The translations under genes were made by a program, and so were the position numbers. A stretch of DNA of 64,000 nt from Terriglobia bacterium (GTDB taxonomy: Bacteria; Acidobacteriota; Terriglobia; JAJPHL01; JAPKYU01), in assembly GCA_965223005.1 (NCBI GenBank), contig CBDCVK010000010.1, positions 704,001-768,000 on the forward strand, written 5' to 3'. Shown one piece after another: positions 1 through 10,933 of the stretch. The notes beneath the pieces are model-generated. The model saw nothing but the letters and a program-made list of their open reading frames with translations. It did no database searches and was not told the DNA's origin. Position 1 is the stretch's first letter. Every line of letters starts with the position of its first letter.

Positions 1-4
1 CGTG

Positions 5-169
5 TCAGGCGCTGAGGTTCTTGAACGACTCCTTCATCTTGCGAAACTCAGCTAGGATACCCTTGAATTGCTTCTTATGCGCTTTCATCTGCAAGCCACG
101 CTCCCGATTTTGGTCGTCGGTCCATTCAACGAGAATGAGGTGCTGACGCGATTTGTGGAGGATTCCGAC
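5..169 (-). pseudogene. 3' remnant (54 codons) of a hypothetical protein gene, 5' part missing
   Basis: Minus-strand frame reads VGILHKSRQHLILVEWTDDQNRERGLQMKAHKKQFKGILAEFRKMKESFKNLSA-stop. An in-frame TAA lies directly upstream (170-172) and there is no start at its beginning. The composition is protein-like. Confidence 0.45.
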
Positions 170-171
170 TT

Positions 172-660
172 AGCCAATTCGCAATTCAGAATCCGCAATC
201 GCAAGTCCTGGTAAGGTTCCTCACCCCGACCGATCTGGTTTTCGAGGAGAAGCAGGTGCGCGAGCCCGAGTTCCATCACCTCGTGCGTCGCCTGCGGGAC
301 CGGTTGAACGCGCTGGCTACTTTTTACTGCGGCGGTCCGTTGCAGTTGGACTTCCAGGGTCTGGCTAAGCGCGCCCGGGATGTGGGCTGCCTTCGCCGGG
401 ACTTGCACTGGGAGGAGCGCCAGCGCCGCTCGGCCCGCACCGGCCGCCGCCACTCAATCGGCGGCTTCCTCGGCGAATCCCTCTTCGGCGCCCCGACCGC
501 CGACGCCTTTGCCGAATTCCTTCCTCTGCTCCACCTCGGCCAGTACCTCCACGTGGGCAAACATGCGGTGTGGGGCAACGGCTGGTACGAAATACAGGGT
601 AGAGAATTCTCGACCGAAGCCCAGCCGGAAACTCAACGCAAGGCCGCGCTGAGGGTATAA
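172..660 (+). pseudogene. cas6: Cas6 (RAMP endoribonuclease) C-terminal half; N-terminal half absent
   Basis: Frame 1 reads VLVRFLTPTDL...EPEFHHLVRRLRDRL...HWEERQRRSARTGRRHSIGGFLG...LGQYLHVGKHAVWGNGWY, i.e. the FLTP motif and the Cas6 Gly-rich loop. In-frame stops at 13, 22, 64 and 136 show the truncation is not caused by the window edge. Confidence 0.8.
175..204 (+). repeat. Degenerate heptamer tandem tract (CAATTCG/CAATTCA/GAATCCG/CAATCG)
   Basis: caattcgcaattcagaatccgcaatcgcaa, translated in-frame with cas6 as FAIQNPQSQ; a related tract is at ~39777-39795. Confidence 0.55.
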
Positions 661-661
661 T
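656..661 (+). promoter_or_regulatory. Perfect sigma70 -10 hexamer (TATAAT) overlapping the cas6 stop codon
   Basis: TATAAT in a GC-rich context directly upstream of a structured region; no clear -35. Confidence 0.45.
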
Positions 662-664
662 AGT

Positions 665-855
665 GCCCGAAGAAGAGGGGACTGAACTTGCCGGGAATGT
701 GTTGTACTGACTTTGGATTGTTTCCAACGCGCGGACGGCTCAGGCAGCTGACAGCTGACAGGTGAAGACGCGCGTTGGACGCAATCCATCCTCTCCCAGA
801 GAACGCCCACTCCAAGGTTTACAGTTGCAATGAGGAAGTCGGCCCCTGCCGCGGG
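665..855 (+). ncRNA. Candidate rod-shaped structured RNA (6S-like architecture)
   Basis: 20-bp inverted repeat 714-733/769-788, internal bubble 704-713/789-801, further pairing 699-703/802-806, 681-690/813-825 and 676-680/843-847. G-U pairs favour the + strand. Confidence 0.5.
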
Positions 856-918
856 ATGGCCTGCCGCGCGCCTGGCACAAGCAAGAGCGGGTGAAGGGGA
901 CTACCAGACTGGACAGGG

Positions 919-2622
<1,704 letters not shown>

Positions 2623-2691
2623 AACCTGCCAACTCCTCTCCAGAACGCCGCCGGCCAGGGGTGGGCTGGCACAGACACACTTCAGCCCTTT

Positions 2692-2724
2692 AGATTAGAC
2701 GACTTAACCCCCATCAGAGTTTCA
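2692..2724 (-). promoter_or_regulatory. ECF-sigma-type promoter upstream of rpoD (TGAAAC-N17-CGTCTAAT)
   Basis: AAC-type -35 and CGT-type -10. The 11-mer covering the -10 is identical to that at 7132-7142. Confidence 0.6.
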
Positions 2725-2743
2725 AAAAGGAAGAGAATCCCCT

Positions 2744-2773
2744 ATAATAATCACAAAGGAACCATTTTGTCAA
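2744..2773 (-). promoter_or_regulatory. sigma70 promoter for rpoD (TTGACA-N18-TATTAT)
   Basis: Perfect -35 and near-consensus -10 in the AT-rich dnaG-rpoD spacer. Confidence 0.65.
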
Positions 2774-2883
2774 CAGATTCCGGGAAAACATCATGCTCTG
2801 GCGGGCGGTTCAGGAGGGACACGCCAGCCTGTTGGGCCAGGCTTGGCCTTGGGGGAGCAACCAAAGCTTAGCCTTGGCCAGCC

Positions 2884-4668
2884 TTAGCCTTGGCGAAGCA
2901 AATGGTGAGGAGCATTCAATTCGGCGTCAATCTGGCTAATTTCCAACGCAATTTGGGCTTGAGCCCGCGCCTCCTCCGCACTGCGCGGGGAACCAGCAGT
3001 CGCCAGCTGTCGACGCTTCTGCTCCCGGACCCGCCGCAATTGACCTAACCGGCGAAGTTCCTCAACATACTGCTGCGCCTTGTCCGGCGCGATCAGTTCC
3101 ACTGCCTCCTGATGGACGATCCCGGCCAGACGCGCGCGATCCGGCGGCTCCAGCCGGTCGAACAGGGCTGTCACGTCCAAAGCTTCTCCCGAGGGCAAGT
3201 CCAGGGCCGAGAGGGCGGCAAAGATGGGCCGGGTGACCCAATCGGCCCACAGGTCGGCCTCGGATAAAACCTGCAACAGGCTTGACCGCGCCGCCGGGTT
3301 CTCCAGAATCACTCGCAGCAATTCCTTCTCGTACTGGGAAGCATTGGGCGCCGCAGCTCCGGACCAGGGACGCCGATCGGCGGCAGCGGCAGACAACTCG
3401 CGGCCGACCACTTGCCGGTCCAGACCCAGCCGATCCGCCAGGTCTTTGGCCAGCTCGGCTCGCTCCATGGAGTCCGGCAATTTATTGATGTACTGCAGAA
3501 TATGACGTGCGGCGGCGGCCCGTCCCGCGGCGCTGCCCAGATCGAACAGCGTACGCGCCCGCTCCACCAGAAAGGCGAAGAAAGAAGGGGCAGCCTCCAG
3601 TTGCGCGCGGTAGGCTTCCGGCCCCTGGGAACGGATGAACTGGTCGGGGTCCTGGCCGGTGGGCAGCGCCAGCACGCTGACTTTCAGGCCCTCTTCCAGC
3701 AGCGTGGACAATGACCGCTCGGTGGCCGCCGACCCAGCCGCGTCCGGGTCGTAGTTGACCACTACCGTCTTGACCAGCGGCGCCAGCGCCTTGACCTGGA
3801 GCAGCGTCAGGCTGGTGCCGCAACTGGCAACCACATTGCTAACCCCGGCGGAGAAGACGGCCAGGGCGTCCATGTACCCCTCCACCAGCACCACCAGCTC
3901 CTGGCGGCGCATCCCTTCCCGGGCGCGGTGGAAGTTGAACAGCACGCGACTCTTGCGATAGATGAGGGTTTCCGGAGAATTCAGATACTTCGGTTGATCT
4001 TCCTTGCGCAGCGCGCGGCCACCGAATGCGATCACCTTGCCTGCTTCGTTGCCGATAGGAAACATGAGGCGCCCGCGAAAGCGGTCGAAGTGGCCGCCAG
4101 AGTCGCGCTTCAGAACCAGCCCGCTGGCCTCCAGCACCTCCGTGCCACAGCTCGGACCAAGCTGGCGGAGCAGAGCGCTGCCGGAAGCGGGCGCATAACC
4201 CAGTCGGAACTCGGCCGCCATCTCGGGGGACACCCCGCGCCGCTCCAGGTATTGCCGGACGGCTGCCCCTTCAGCCGATTGGAGCCGCCGTTGGAAGAAG
4301 GCAGCCGCTGTCTCGTGCATCTCCAGCAGCGCAGCCCGCAGGCGAACTTCGGCGTCGGCCTCCGGACCCCGCGCCCGAGGCAGCGGGATGCCAGCCCGCT
4401 CGGCCAGCCGGCGCACGGCTTCCGGGAAGGTGAGTCGTTCTGTCTCCATGACGAATTTAAAGACGTCGCCGGAAGCGCCGCAGCCGAAGCAGTGGTAAAA
4501 CTGCAGCCCGCCGTGGACGGAAAATGAGGGGGTCTTCTCCTGATGGAAGGGGCATAGGCCCATATAGCGCGCCCCGCCGCTCCGCTTCAGCCGCACGTGC
4601 TCGCCGACCAGCCGCACAATTTCGGTCGACTGCTTGACCTGGTAGGCGAAGTCCCCGGGCTGGGCCAT
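2884..4668 (-). CDS. dnaG: DNA primase
   Basis: CHC2 zinc finger (LCPFHQEKTPSF...YHCFGC), FRGRLMFPI, PKYLNSPET, TOPRIM VEGYMD and YDPDAAG. Start placed at MAQPGDF (4668). Confidence 0.98.
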   Translation of the reverse strand: MAQPGDFAYQVKQSTEIVRLVGEHVRLKRSGGARYMGLCPFHQEKTPSFSVHGGLQFYHCFGCGASGDVFKFVMETERLTFPEAVRRLAERAGIPLPRARGPEADAEVRLRAALLEMHETAAAFFQRRLQSAEGAAVRQYLERRGVSPEMAAEFRLGYAPASGSALLRQLGPSCGTEVLEASGLVLKRDSGGHFDRFRGRLMFPIGNEAGKVIAFGGRALRKEDQPKYLNSPETLIYRKSRVLFNFHRAREGMRRQELVVLVEGYMDALAVFSAGVSNVVASCGTSLTLLQVKALAPLVKTVVVNYDPDAAGSAATERSLSTLLEEGLKVSVLALPTGQDPDQFIRSQGPEAYRAQLEAAPSFFAFLVERARTLFDLGSAAGRAAAARHILQYINKLPDSMERAELAKDLADRLGLDRQVVGRELSAAAADRRPWSGAAAPNASQYEKELLRVILENPAARSSLLQVLSEADLWADWVTRPIFAALSALDLPSGEALDVTALFDRLEPPDRARLAGIVHQEAVELIAPDKAQQYVEELRRLGQLRRVREQKRRQLATAGSPRSAEEARAQAQIALEISQIDAELNAPHHLLRQG

Positions 4669-4747
4669 GCCGCGCGTAATAGTAAACCAGTGCGGGCTCC
4701 AGAACAACGCCAGCACAATGTGGGTGGGCGGGTCGCTGCGCGAGAAA

Positions 4748-5491
4748 CTATCTGGTTCGTTCGTCGCTGGCGACTCTGCCGTCTCGAATGTGAATGACTC
4801 GATGTGCGCAGGCACCGATGTCGTGCTCGTGCGTCACCAACACGATGGTGTTTCCCTGGGCATGCAGACGGTCGAACAGTTCCATGATTTCCCGGCTGGT
4901 GGCCGAGTCCAGGTTGCCGGTGGGCTCATCAGCCAGCAGGATCGAGGGATGGTTGACCAGGGCCCGGGCGATGGCCACTCGCTGACGCTCGCCGCCCGAC
5001 AGCTCGCTGGGCCTGTGGCGCATGCGGTCCTCCAGGTCCACCAGCCGCAGAGTCTCCTGGGCTCGGAGCAGCCGCTCCTGAGCCGGCGTCCCGTTGTAAA
5101 TCAGGGGCAGCTCCACATTGTGCAGCGCGGAGGCTCGCCCCAGCAGGTTGAAGGTTTGGAAGACGAAGCCGATTTCCTTGTTGCGGATGAAGGCCAGCTG
5201 GTCGTCACTCAGGTCGCTAACCAGCCGCCCGTTGAGCCAGTAGCGGCCGCCGGAAGCCGTATCCAGGCACCCGATCAGGTTCATCAGGGTGGATTTGCCC
5301 GAACCGGAGGGCCCCATGACCGCCACGTATTCGTTGCGCTGGATTTCCAAGGTCACGGCGCAGACCGCCTGGATTTCGACCGAGCCCATCAGGTAGGTCT
5401 TGTACAAATCCTCGGTTTTGATCAATACGCTGTCGGGGGGTGGGTTGGGCTGCTGGCCAGCGGAGTCTAGTTCCGCTCTAGAAGACGCCAT
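4748..5491 (-). CDS. ABC transporter ATP-binding protein (MacB/LolD-type)
   Basis: Walker [10 protein letters not shown], signature [31 protein letters not shown]. Confidence 0.95.
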   Translation of the reverse strand: MASSRAELDSAGQQPNPPPDSVLIKTEDLYKTYLMGSVEIQAVCAVTLEIQRNEYVAVMGPSGSGKSTLMNLIGCLDTASGGRYWLNGRLVSDLSDDQLAFIRNKEIGFVFQTFNLLGRASALHNVELPLIYNGTPAQERLLRAQETLRLVDLEDRMRHRPSELSGGERQRVAIARALVNHPSILLADEPTGNLDSATSREIMELFDRLHAQGNTIVLVTHEHDIGACAHRVIHIRDGRVASDERTR

Positions 5492-5556
5492 TCCTCGCTT
5501 GCTCCGTTGCTTCGGTGGCTGGCAATGCGGTGATCCGGTCTTGTTGTGTCCTAGGG

Positions 5557-6987
5557 TTATTCTTCCTTTTTGGGCGCTTTGTTGTCCACCCGGACCCTGG
5601 CATGGCTGCGGATGGTGCGCAACACCTTGTAGCTGCCGGTGACGATTTCCTCGCCGTCGCTTAGGCCGCTAGTGACCTCAATGTCGGTTGTGCCGATGAT
5701 GCCAGTCTCGACCGGCACAAACTCCACTCGTTTGTCGCGCGCCACAAAGACACCCTGAATCTCCTTCTTCCCGTCTTTCTCCCTCCGCCGGGCCTCGGGA
5801 CCGGCGGCCAGGGCGGCCCCGGCCTTCGAGTCCTCTTCCTCATCTTCTTCCAAGTCTGACTTCTGGCGGATGGTGAGCGCCTGGATGGGAATCGCCAGGA
5901 CGCCCTTCTTGCTCGCCGTCCGGATTCTCGCCGTGGTGGAGAGCCCCGGGCGCAGGTTGTCGGGAGGCGACTCCAGGGTCACCACCACCCTAAAGTCCTT
6001 GGCTTCCTGGCTGGCAACATTGGACTGAGCGGCGGCCATGCCTGTGGAACGGATGATGGCGGTGGTACCAATCTCGGTCACTTTCCCCTGGAAGGTCTGG
6101 TTGGGGAAGGCGTCCACGGAGACCTCGCCGGACTGACCCAGGTGCACGTTGACGATGTCGGTCTCATCCACCTTCACCTCAGCGGTGATCACCGACAGCT
6201 CGGCGATGGTCATCAGCAGGCTCCCCGGCGAGTTCTGGATACCCCTGACGACACTCTCACCGACGTGTACGGGCAGGTCGGTCACCACCCCGTCCAGTGG
6301 GGCGTAAAAGCTGTGTTGGTGTAGGACGTCGGAGGCGCGTGTCAGGCCAGCCCTGGACTGCCCAATGCGAGTCCTTGCCGTCTGCCGCTGTGATCGGGCC
6401 TGCTCCAACAGGGCACGAGTCTGCGCCACGCGGGCCTCCGTCTGGGCCACAACCGCCAACGCCACCTCATAGGCCGCGCTGGCCGCATCATATTGCGCCT
6501 TGCTGATCAGCTCGTCGCCGAACAACGCCTCGGCGCGTTGGAACTCCAACCGGGCCTTCTCCAGTTCTGCCTGGCTCCGCAACAGGTCGGCCTCCGCCGT
6601 GCGCTGGGCGGCCTTCGCTGAGCCGACAGAAGCTCCGGCAGCGGCGGCGTCCGCCTCAGAAGCCCGCAGCGCAGCCCGCTGGGCCTCGACGTCGGCTGAG
6701 GGTTGGACCGATTCCAGACGCGCCAGCAACTGGCCCTTTTGGACCGCATCTCCCTCCCGGATCAGAATTTCGGTAATCCGGCCGAAGGCGGTAGCGTTAA
6801 TGTTGACGTAGTTCAGCGGCTTGATCTCGCCGGAGGCGGTCACCACGGAGACCAAGTCCTGGCGGACGACTCTGCCAGTCTGTACGGTCACCACTTCCCT
6901 GCGGTTGATTTTAATGCCGACGACGACGAGGATGGCCACCAGCAACGCAGCCCCGGTAGTTAACGCGATCTTTTTCCGCTTAGTCAC
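5557..6987 (-). CDS. Efflux periplasmic adaptor subunit (MacA/HlyD family)
   Basis: N-terminal TM anchor, lipoyl halves ([14 protein letters not shown]; APLDGVV), coiled-coil hairpin, VDETDI, LRPGLS, IEVTSGL. Confidence 0.93.
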   Translation of the reverse strand: MTKRKKIALTTGAALLVAILVVVGIKINRREVVTVQTGRVVRQDLVSVVTASGEIKPLNYVNINATAFGRITEILIREGDAVQKGQLLARLESVQPSADVEAQRAALRASEADAAAAGASVGSAKAAQRTAEADLLRSQAELEKARLEFQRAEALFGDELISKAQYDAASAAYEVALAVVAQTEARVAQTRALLEQARSQRQTARTRIGQSRAGLTRASDVLHQHSFYAPLDGVVTDLPVHVGESVVRGIQNSPGSLLMTIAELSVITAEVKVDETDIVNVHLGQSGEVSVDAFPNQTFQGKVTEIGTTAIIRSTGMAAAQSNVASQEAKDFRVVVTLESPPDNLRPGLSTTARIRTASKKGVLAIPIQALTIRQKSDLEEDEEEDSKAGAALAAGPEARRREKDGKKEIQGVFVARDKRVEFVPVETGIIGTTDIEVTSGLSDGEEIVTGSYKVLRTIRSHARVRVDNKAPKKEE

Positions 6988-7090
6988 AAGGCCTTCCCGT
7001 CAGTGCCGCACCGGGCGCAAATCCACACGGTCCCCCTTGTTTCCCCTTTACGCCGGACGAGCCGCTGGCGATCTTAAGGTCCCAATTCGA

Positions 7091-7163
7091 TAATACGCAA
7101 AACCCCACCCAAGGTTCCAGTAGTCCTTTTCAGATTAGACGATCAGAGCCGGGCAAGGTTGCC
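7091..7163 (-). promoter_or_regulatory. Two tandem ECF-sigma-type promoters (GGCAAC-N16-CGTCTAAT and TGGAAC-N16-CGTATTA)
   Basis: Motifs at 7163-7132 and 7119-7091, both AAC/CGT with 16-nt spacers, upstream of the adaptor gene. Confidence 0.65.
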
Positions 7164-7391
7164 AAGAATCCGAAGGGTGTCCTGGATGGCGGGTACTCAC
7201 AAGACACTAAGCCCAAGCACCTCAGCAGGTCTGCCGGAGCGGTCAACTATCGCATTGGCCGAGGGCCCACCGAGCCAAGCCAGGCAATATTGCCAGGCAG
7301 TATTGAATGCCGCCTACCAGACACTTCCGGGCCACTTCCTCAACCGGAGGCAGCCCAGGAGCGCAAAGACTCCTTGACAGCGACAGATTGC

Positions 7392-7421
7392 TTGACGAAC
7401 GGGAGGCAAGGCTCTTAGAAT
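7392..7421 (+). promoter_or_regulatory. sigma70 promoter (TTGACG-N18-TAGAAT) for the GWxTD operon
   Basis: Near-consensus hexamers ~50 nt upstream of ATG 7470. Confidence 0.55.
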
Positions 7422-7469
7422 TGAGGGTGTTGTAGTGTCGGCTGTGTGTTGCCGAAGGCGAGGTTTGCT

Positions 7470-9122
7470 ATGAAACTCAAGGCTTGGGTCCCCTTCCTAT
7501 TGTTTGCCGTTTTCCTCTTTTTGCTGGCCGGGCCCGTTGCGGCTAAAGACAAGGACAAGGACGGCCGGTCACGGCTCAGCAACAAAGAGCGCGAGCGCCG
7601 GCGGCGCTCCCTGGAAAAGGAGCTAAATCGGCCCTTTCAAAGGTGGCTCAAAGAAGACGTCGCCTATATCATCACCGAAGAGGAGCGGAAAACTTTCAAG
7701 CGCCTTCAGAACGCGGAAGAACGGGAGCAGTTTATCGAGCAGTTCTGGCTGCGCCGTGATCCGACGCCGGACAGCGTAGAGAACGAGTACAAAGAAGAGA
7801 TGTACCGGCGTATTGCGTATGCCAATCAATACTTCGGCTCGGGATTTGCGGGCTGGAGAAGCGACCGGGGCCGCATCTACATCACCTTCGGCCCGCCCGA
7901 CGAAAGAGAAGAGAACGTCGGGGGCGGCATGTACCAAAGGCCTATGGACGAAGGCGGAGGCTTTACCCAAACCTACCCGTTCGAGAGATGGCGGTATCGC
8001 TACCTCGAGGAAATCGGCACCAACATAGAGATCGAGTTTGTGGATAAGAGCTTGACCGGGGAGTTCCGCATGGCGATGGATCCCTCGGAGAAGGACGCGC
8101 TTATAAATATACCTGGCGCCGGGCTGACCCATCTGGAGGCGATGGGCATGGCCAGCAAGGTCGATCGCGTTTTGGGCATCGAACACCAACAAATCGGCCA
8201 GGGCTCGACCATGAGGCCCTACAGCCCCAGCAAAAGCAGGTTCGAGCGCATGGACCAGTTCGTCAAGTTGCAGAGACCCCCGCCGGTCAAGTTTAAGGAC
8301 CTGGAGGAAGTGGTCGGAACCAGGATCAGCTACAACCTGTTCCCTTTCGAGGTCCGCACCGATTTCGTTCGTGTTACCTCCAGCACGGTGCTGGCGGCGC
8401 TGACCGTGCAAGTCAATGTCAAGGACATGACCTTCGAGGACATGGAGGGGATCCAGCGGGGGCTGGTGAACGTCTTCGGGCGGGTCACCACGCTGACCGG
8501 GCGCGTCGTACAAACCTTTGAGGATGTCATACATGTAGATGTGCCGGCCGAGCAGTTGGAGCTGTATCTAAACCAGAAGCGCGTCTACTGGCAGGGGATG
8601 CCGCTGCGGTCCGGCTTGTACCGGCTGGATCTGGTGCTGAAGGACATTCATAGCGGCAACATGGGAACCAGCCGGATGGCCCTGCGCGTGCCCCGCTACT
8701 ATGAGGATACGCTGGCCGCCTCCAGCCTGATTCTGGCCGATCGGCTGGAAAGGGTTTCCACCAGGCAGATCGGCAAGGGACAGTTTGTCATTGGTTCTAC
8801 GAAAGTGCGGCCCAGCGTCGAGGAAAAGTTTAGCCGCAACCAGCGCTTGGGCATCTACCTCCAAGTCTACAATCTGGCCACCGACGAGAAGACTCGCAAG
8901 CCTTCGGCCACCGTCGAGTACGCTTTGCAGAAGAATGGCCAGACCCTGTTCCAGCTCACCGAGAACAGCGACCAGATCAAGGGCGCCTTCCAGCAGATAA
9001 CGGTGGAGAAGTTGCTCCCGCTGGAGAGCCTGGAACCGGGCCGGTACAAGTTGCAGGTAAAAGTGACGGATCGGATCAAAAAGCAATCCATCACCCCTAC
9101 CGCGACGTTTACGATACAATAG
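7470..9122 (+). CDS. GWxTD domain-containing secreted protein
   Basis: Signal peptide MKLKAWVPFLLFAVFLFLLAGPVAA; WLKEDVAYIITEEE...EREQFIEQFWLRRDPTP...RRIAYAN...GWRSDRGRIYITFGPPDE; C-terminal Ig-like beta domains. Confidence 0.92.
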   Translation: MKLKAWVPFLLFAVFLFLLAGPVAAKDKDKDGRSRLSNKERERRRRSLEKELNRPFQRWLKEDVAYIITEEERKTFKRLQNAEEREQFIEQFWLRRDPTPDSVENEYKEEMYRRIAYANQYFGSGFAGWRSDRGRIYITFGPPDEREENVGGGMYQRPMDEGGGFTQTYPFERWRYRYLEEIGTNIEIEFVDKSLTGEFRMAMDPSEKDALINIPGAGLTHLEAMGMASKVDRVLGIEHQQIGQGSTMRPYSPSKSRFERMDQFVKLQRPPPVKFKDLEEVVGTRISYNLFPFEVRTDFVRVTSSTVLAALTVQVNVKDMTFEDMEGIQRGLVNVFGRVTTLTGRVVQTFEDVIHVDVPAEQLELYLNQKRVYWQGMPLRSGLYRLDLVLKDIHSGNMGTSRMALRVPRYYEDTLAASSLILADRLERVSTRQIGKGQFVIGSTKVRPSVEEKFSRNQRLGIYLQVYNLATDEKTRKPSATVEYALQKNGQTLFQLTENSDQIKGAFQQITVEKLLPLESLEPGRYKLQVKVTDRIKKQSITPTATFTIQ

Positions 9123-9136
9123 TGTCAGCGGTACCT

Positions 9137-9162
9137 AACTCGGCCTGGGAACAGGCCGAGTT
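9137..9162 (+). other. Perfect 11-bp intercistronic hairpin with GGAA tetraloop
   Basis: aactcggcctg-ggaa-caggccgagtt. No U-tract follows, so an mRNA stabiliser or processing site is more likely than an intrinsic terminator. Confidence 0.5.
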
Positions 9163-9178
9163 GCACGAGGAGGTCAGA

Positions 9179-10933
9179 TTGGGCAGGGATAGAAGAGGCA
9201 AACTCGTTGCCGCTTTGGGAGTATGGCTGCTCGCGGCATTTTGCCTATCTTCTCTGTGGGCCGCCCCCCGCAGTGTCTCGCCTTTGGGAACGCTCGCCGG
9301 GGTGGTCACGAACCGCCGGGGCATCCCGCAGATGGGAGCCGCCATCGCCCTCATCAGCGGAGACGGCCGCATCCTCCAGCACGCCTACACCAACGAGAAG
9401 GGAGCGTTCCTGCTGGAACGGGTCAAGCCTGGGCTGTATTCCCTCCGCGTCACCTTGACCAGCTTCCTGCCTTTTCTGAAACAGGAGATCCGAATCCAAC
9501 CCGGCGTCCGCTTCTTTCTTTCGGTCAACTTGGCCTCATTGCTGGAAACCGTAGACATTTTGCGGGGCCGACGCAGCCGCCCGGACAGTGACGAGGACTG
9601 GGCTTGGGTGTTGCGCAGTTCAGGTGTCTTCCGTCCAGTGCTGCGCTACCTGCCCGAGCAAAACGGCGACAGGTTGCCCACCCTGCGCGACCTCGAGAAC
9701 CGAACGCTGCTGCAGTTCAGCGGAGGCATGGGGCGCTCCTCGATCGCCGGCAGTGAGGCCGACTTCAATACCTCGTTCACCGTTGCCAACAACCCGTTCC
9801 AGAACACCAGTGTGTTGTTGAGTGGCAATCTGGGCTTTGAGCGGCACACGCCGGCGGCGGCTTTCCGCGGCGCGTTGCGGCGGGAGTTGGCCAGCGGTTC
9901 GACCCCTGAAGTCTCACTGACGCTGCGTCAAATTTTCCTGCCCGGCGCGTCTTCGGGACATGGAAGCGCGGAGAATTTACAGAGCATGACGCTGGCTGCC
10001 AGCAATCAGTTGCAGTTTGCTGACAGTCTCCGCCTCGAGTATGGCTTCCTCTATGACTCGGTCCGTTTCCTGAACCGGCTGAACACTTTTAGCCCCTACG
10101 GGCGAGTGATTTACCAGTCCAGCGAGTCTTCCTCGATTCAGGTCTACTACACCGAAGCGACGCCCCGGGTGCACCGTCCGGGCGCGGATCCGTTGCGCCA
10201 AGTGGCCTCGCAATTGGCTGTGTTCCCGCGTTTGTCGGTGCGCAATGGCTCTCCTACGGTGCAACGCAGCCGGCACATAGAAGCCAGCTTCCAACGAAAG
10301 CTGGGTGCCCGCACAGCGGCGGAAGTCGGCGCCTACCGGGACGAAATCAGCGATCTGACCTTGAACGCTATTGTTAACGGCGAGCCCTTCTGGGCCGATT
10401 TGTTTCCGGATGTGTTCACCCAGCAGTATTCCTTCAACAGCGGCAATTATCACACCAGCGGCGTGCGCGCCTCGGTGCGGCAAACCTTCTCCGAGCGACT
10501 GCAAAGCACTTTCGCCTACAGCTACGTCGGCGTGCTGGCGCCGGAGCGGATGTTCCTGCACACGCAAGACCCGGAGGAGTTGCGGAGCATTCTGAGAATG
10601 CAACGCCGGCATGCGCTTGCCGTCAAGCTGAAGGCCGATGTCCCGGCGACCCGAACACGGGTCCTGGCCGGGTATAAGTGGGTGTTGGGCCCCTCGGTGA
10701 CTCCCGGCGACTTTTACGACGAAAGCCTGGGGTATGCCGAGCCCCACCTGAACATCCTGGTGCGACAGCCGCTGCCTTCTTTGGTTGTTCTACCCGGCCG
10801 CGTGGAGGCGTTGGCCGATTTCCGCAACCTGCTGGCTCAAGGCTACGTGCCCATCATTACCGCCGATGGGAAACGCCTCCTGCTGGTCCAGAACTACCGC
10901 AGCTTCCGCGGCGGCTTTAGCTTCATCTTCTGA
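9179..10933 (+). CDS. Carboxypeptidase-regulatory-like domain plus putative outer-membrane beta-barrel protein
   Basis: GTLAGVVTN..G.PQMGAAI...TNEKGAF...PGLYSLRV prealbumin-like domain, amphipathic beta strands, C-terminal GGFSFIF; TTG start with GAGGAGG RBS. Confidence 0.8.
   Translation: MGRDRRGKLVAALGVWLLAAFCLSSLWAAPRSVSPLGTLAGVVTNRRGIPQMGAAIALISGDGRILQHAYTNEKGAFLLERVKPGLYSLRVTLTSFLPFLKQEIRIQPGVRFFLSVNLASLLETVDILRGRRSRPDSDEDWAWVLRSSGVFRPVLRYLPEQNGDRLPTLRDLENRTLLQFSGGMGRSSIAGSEADFNTSFTVANNPFQNTSVLLSGNLGFERHTPAAAFRGALRRELASGSTPEVSLTLRQIFLPGASSGHGSAENLQSMTLAASNQLQFADSLRLEYGFLYDSVRFLNRLNTFSPYGRVIYQSSESSSIQVYYTEATPRVHRPGADPLRQVASQLAVFPRLSVRNGSPTVQRSRHIEASFQRKLGARTAAEVGAYRDEISDLTLNAIVNGEPFWADLFPDVFTQQYSFNSGNYHTSGVRASVRQTFSERLQSTFAYSYVGVLAPERMFLHTQDPEELRSILRMQRRHALAVKLKADVPATRTRVLAGYKWVLGPSVTPGDFYDESLGYAEPHLNILVRQPLPSLVVLPGRVEALADFRNLLAQGYVPIITADGKRLLLVQNYRSFRGGFSFIF

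Noticed and set aside
831-860. GAGGAAGTCGG resembling the RNase P RNA GAGGAAAGTCC motif
   Set aside because: Imperfect match, too little room before rpoD, and no matching 3' conserved motif.
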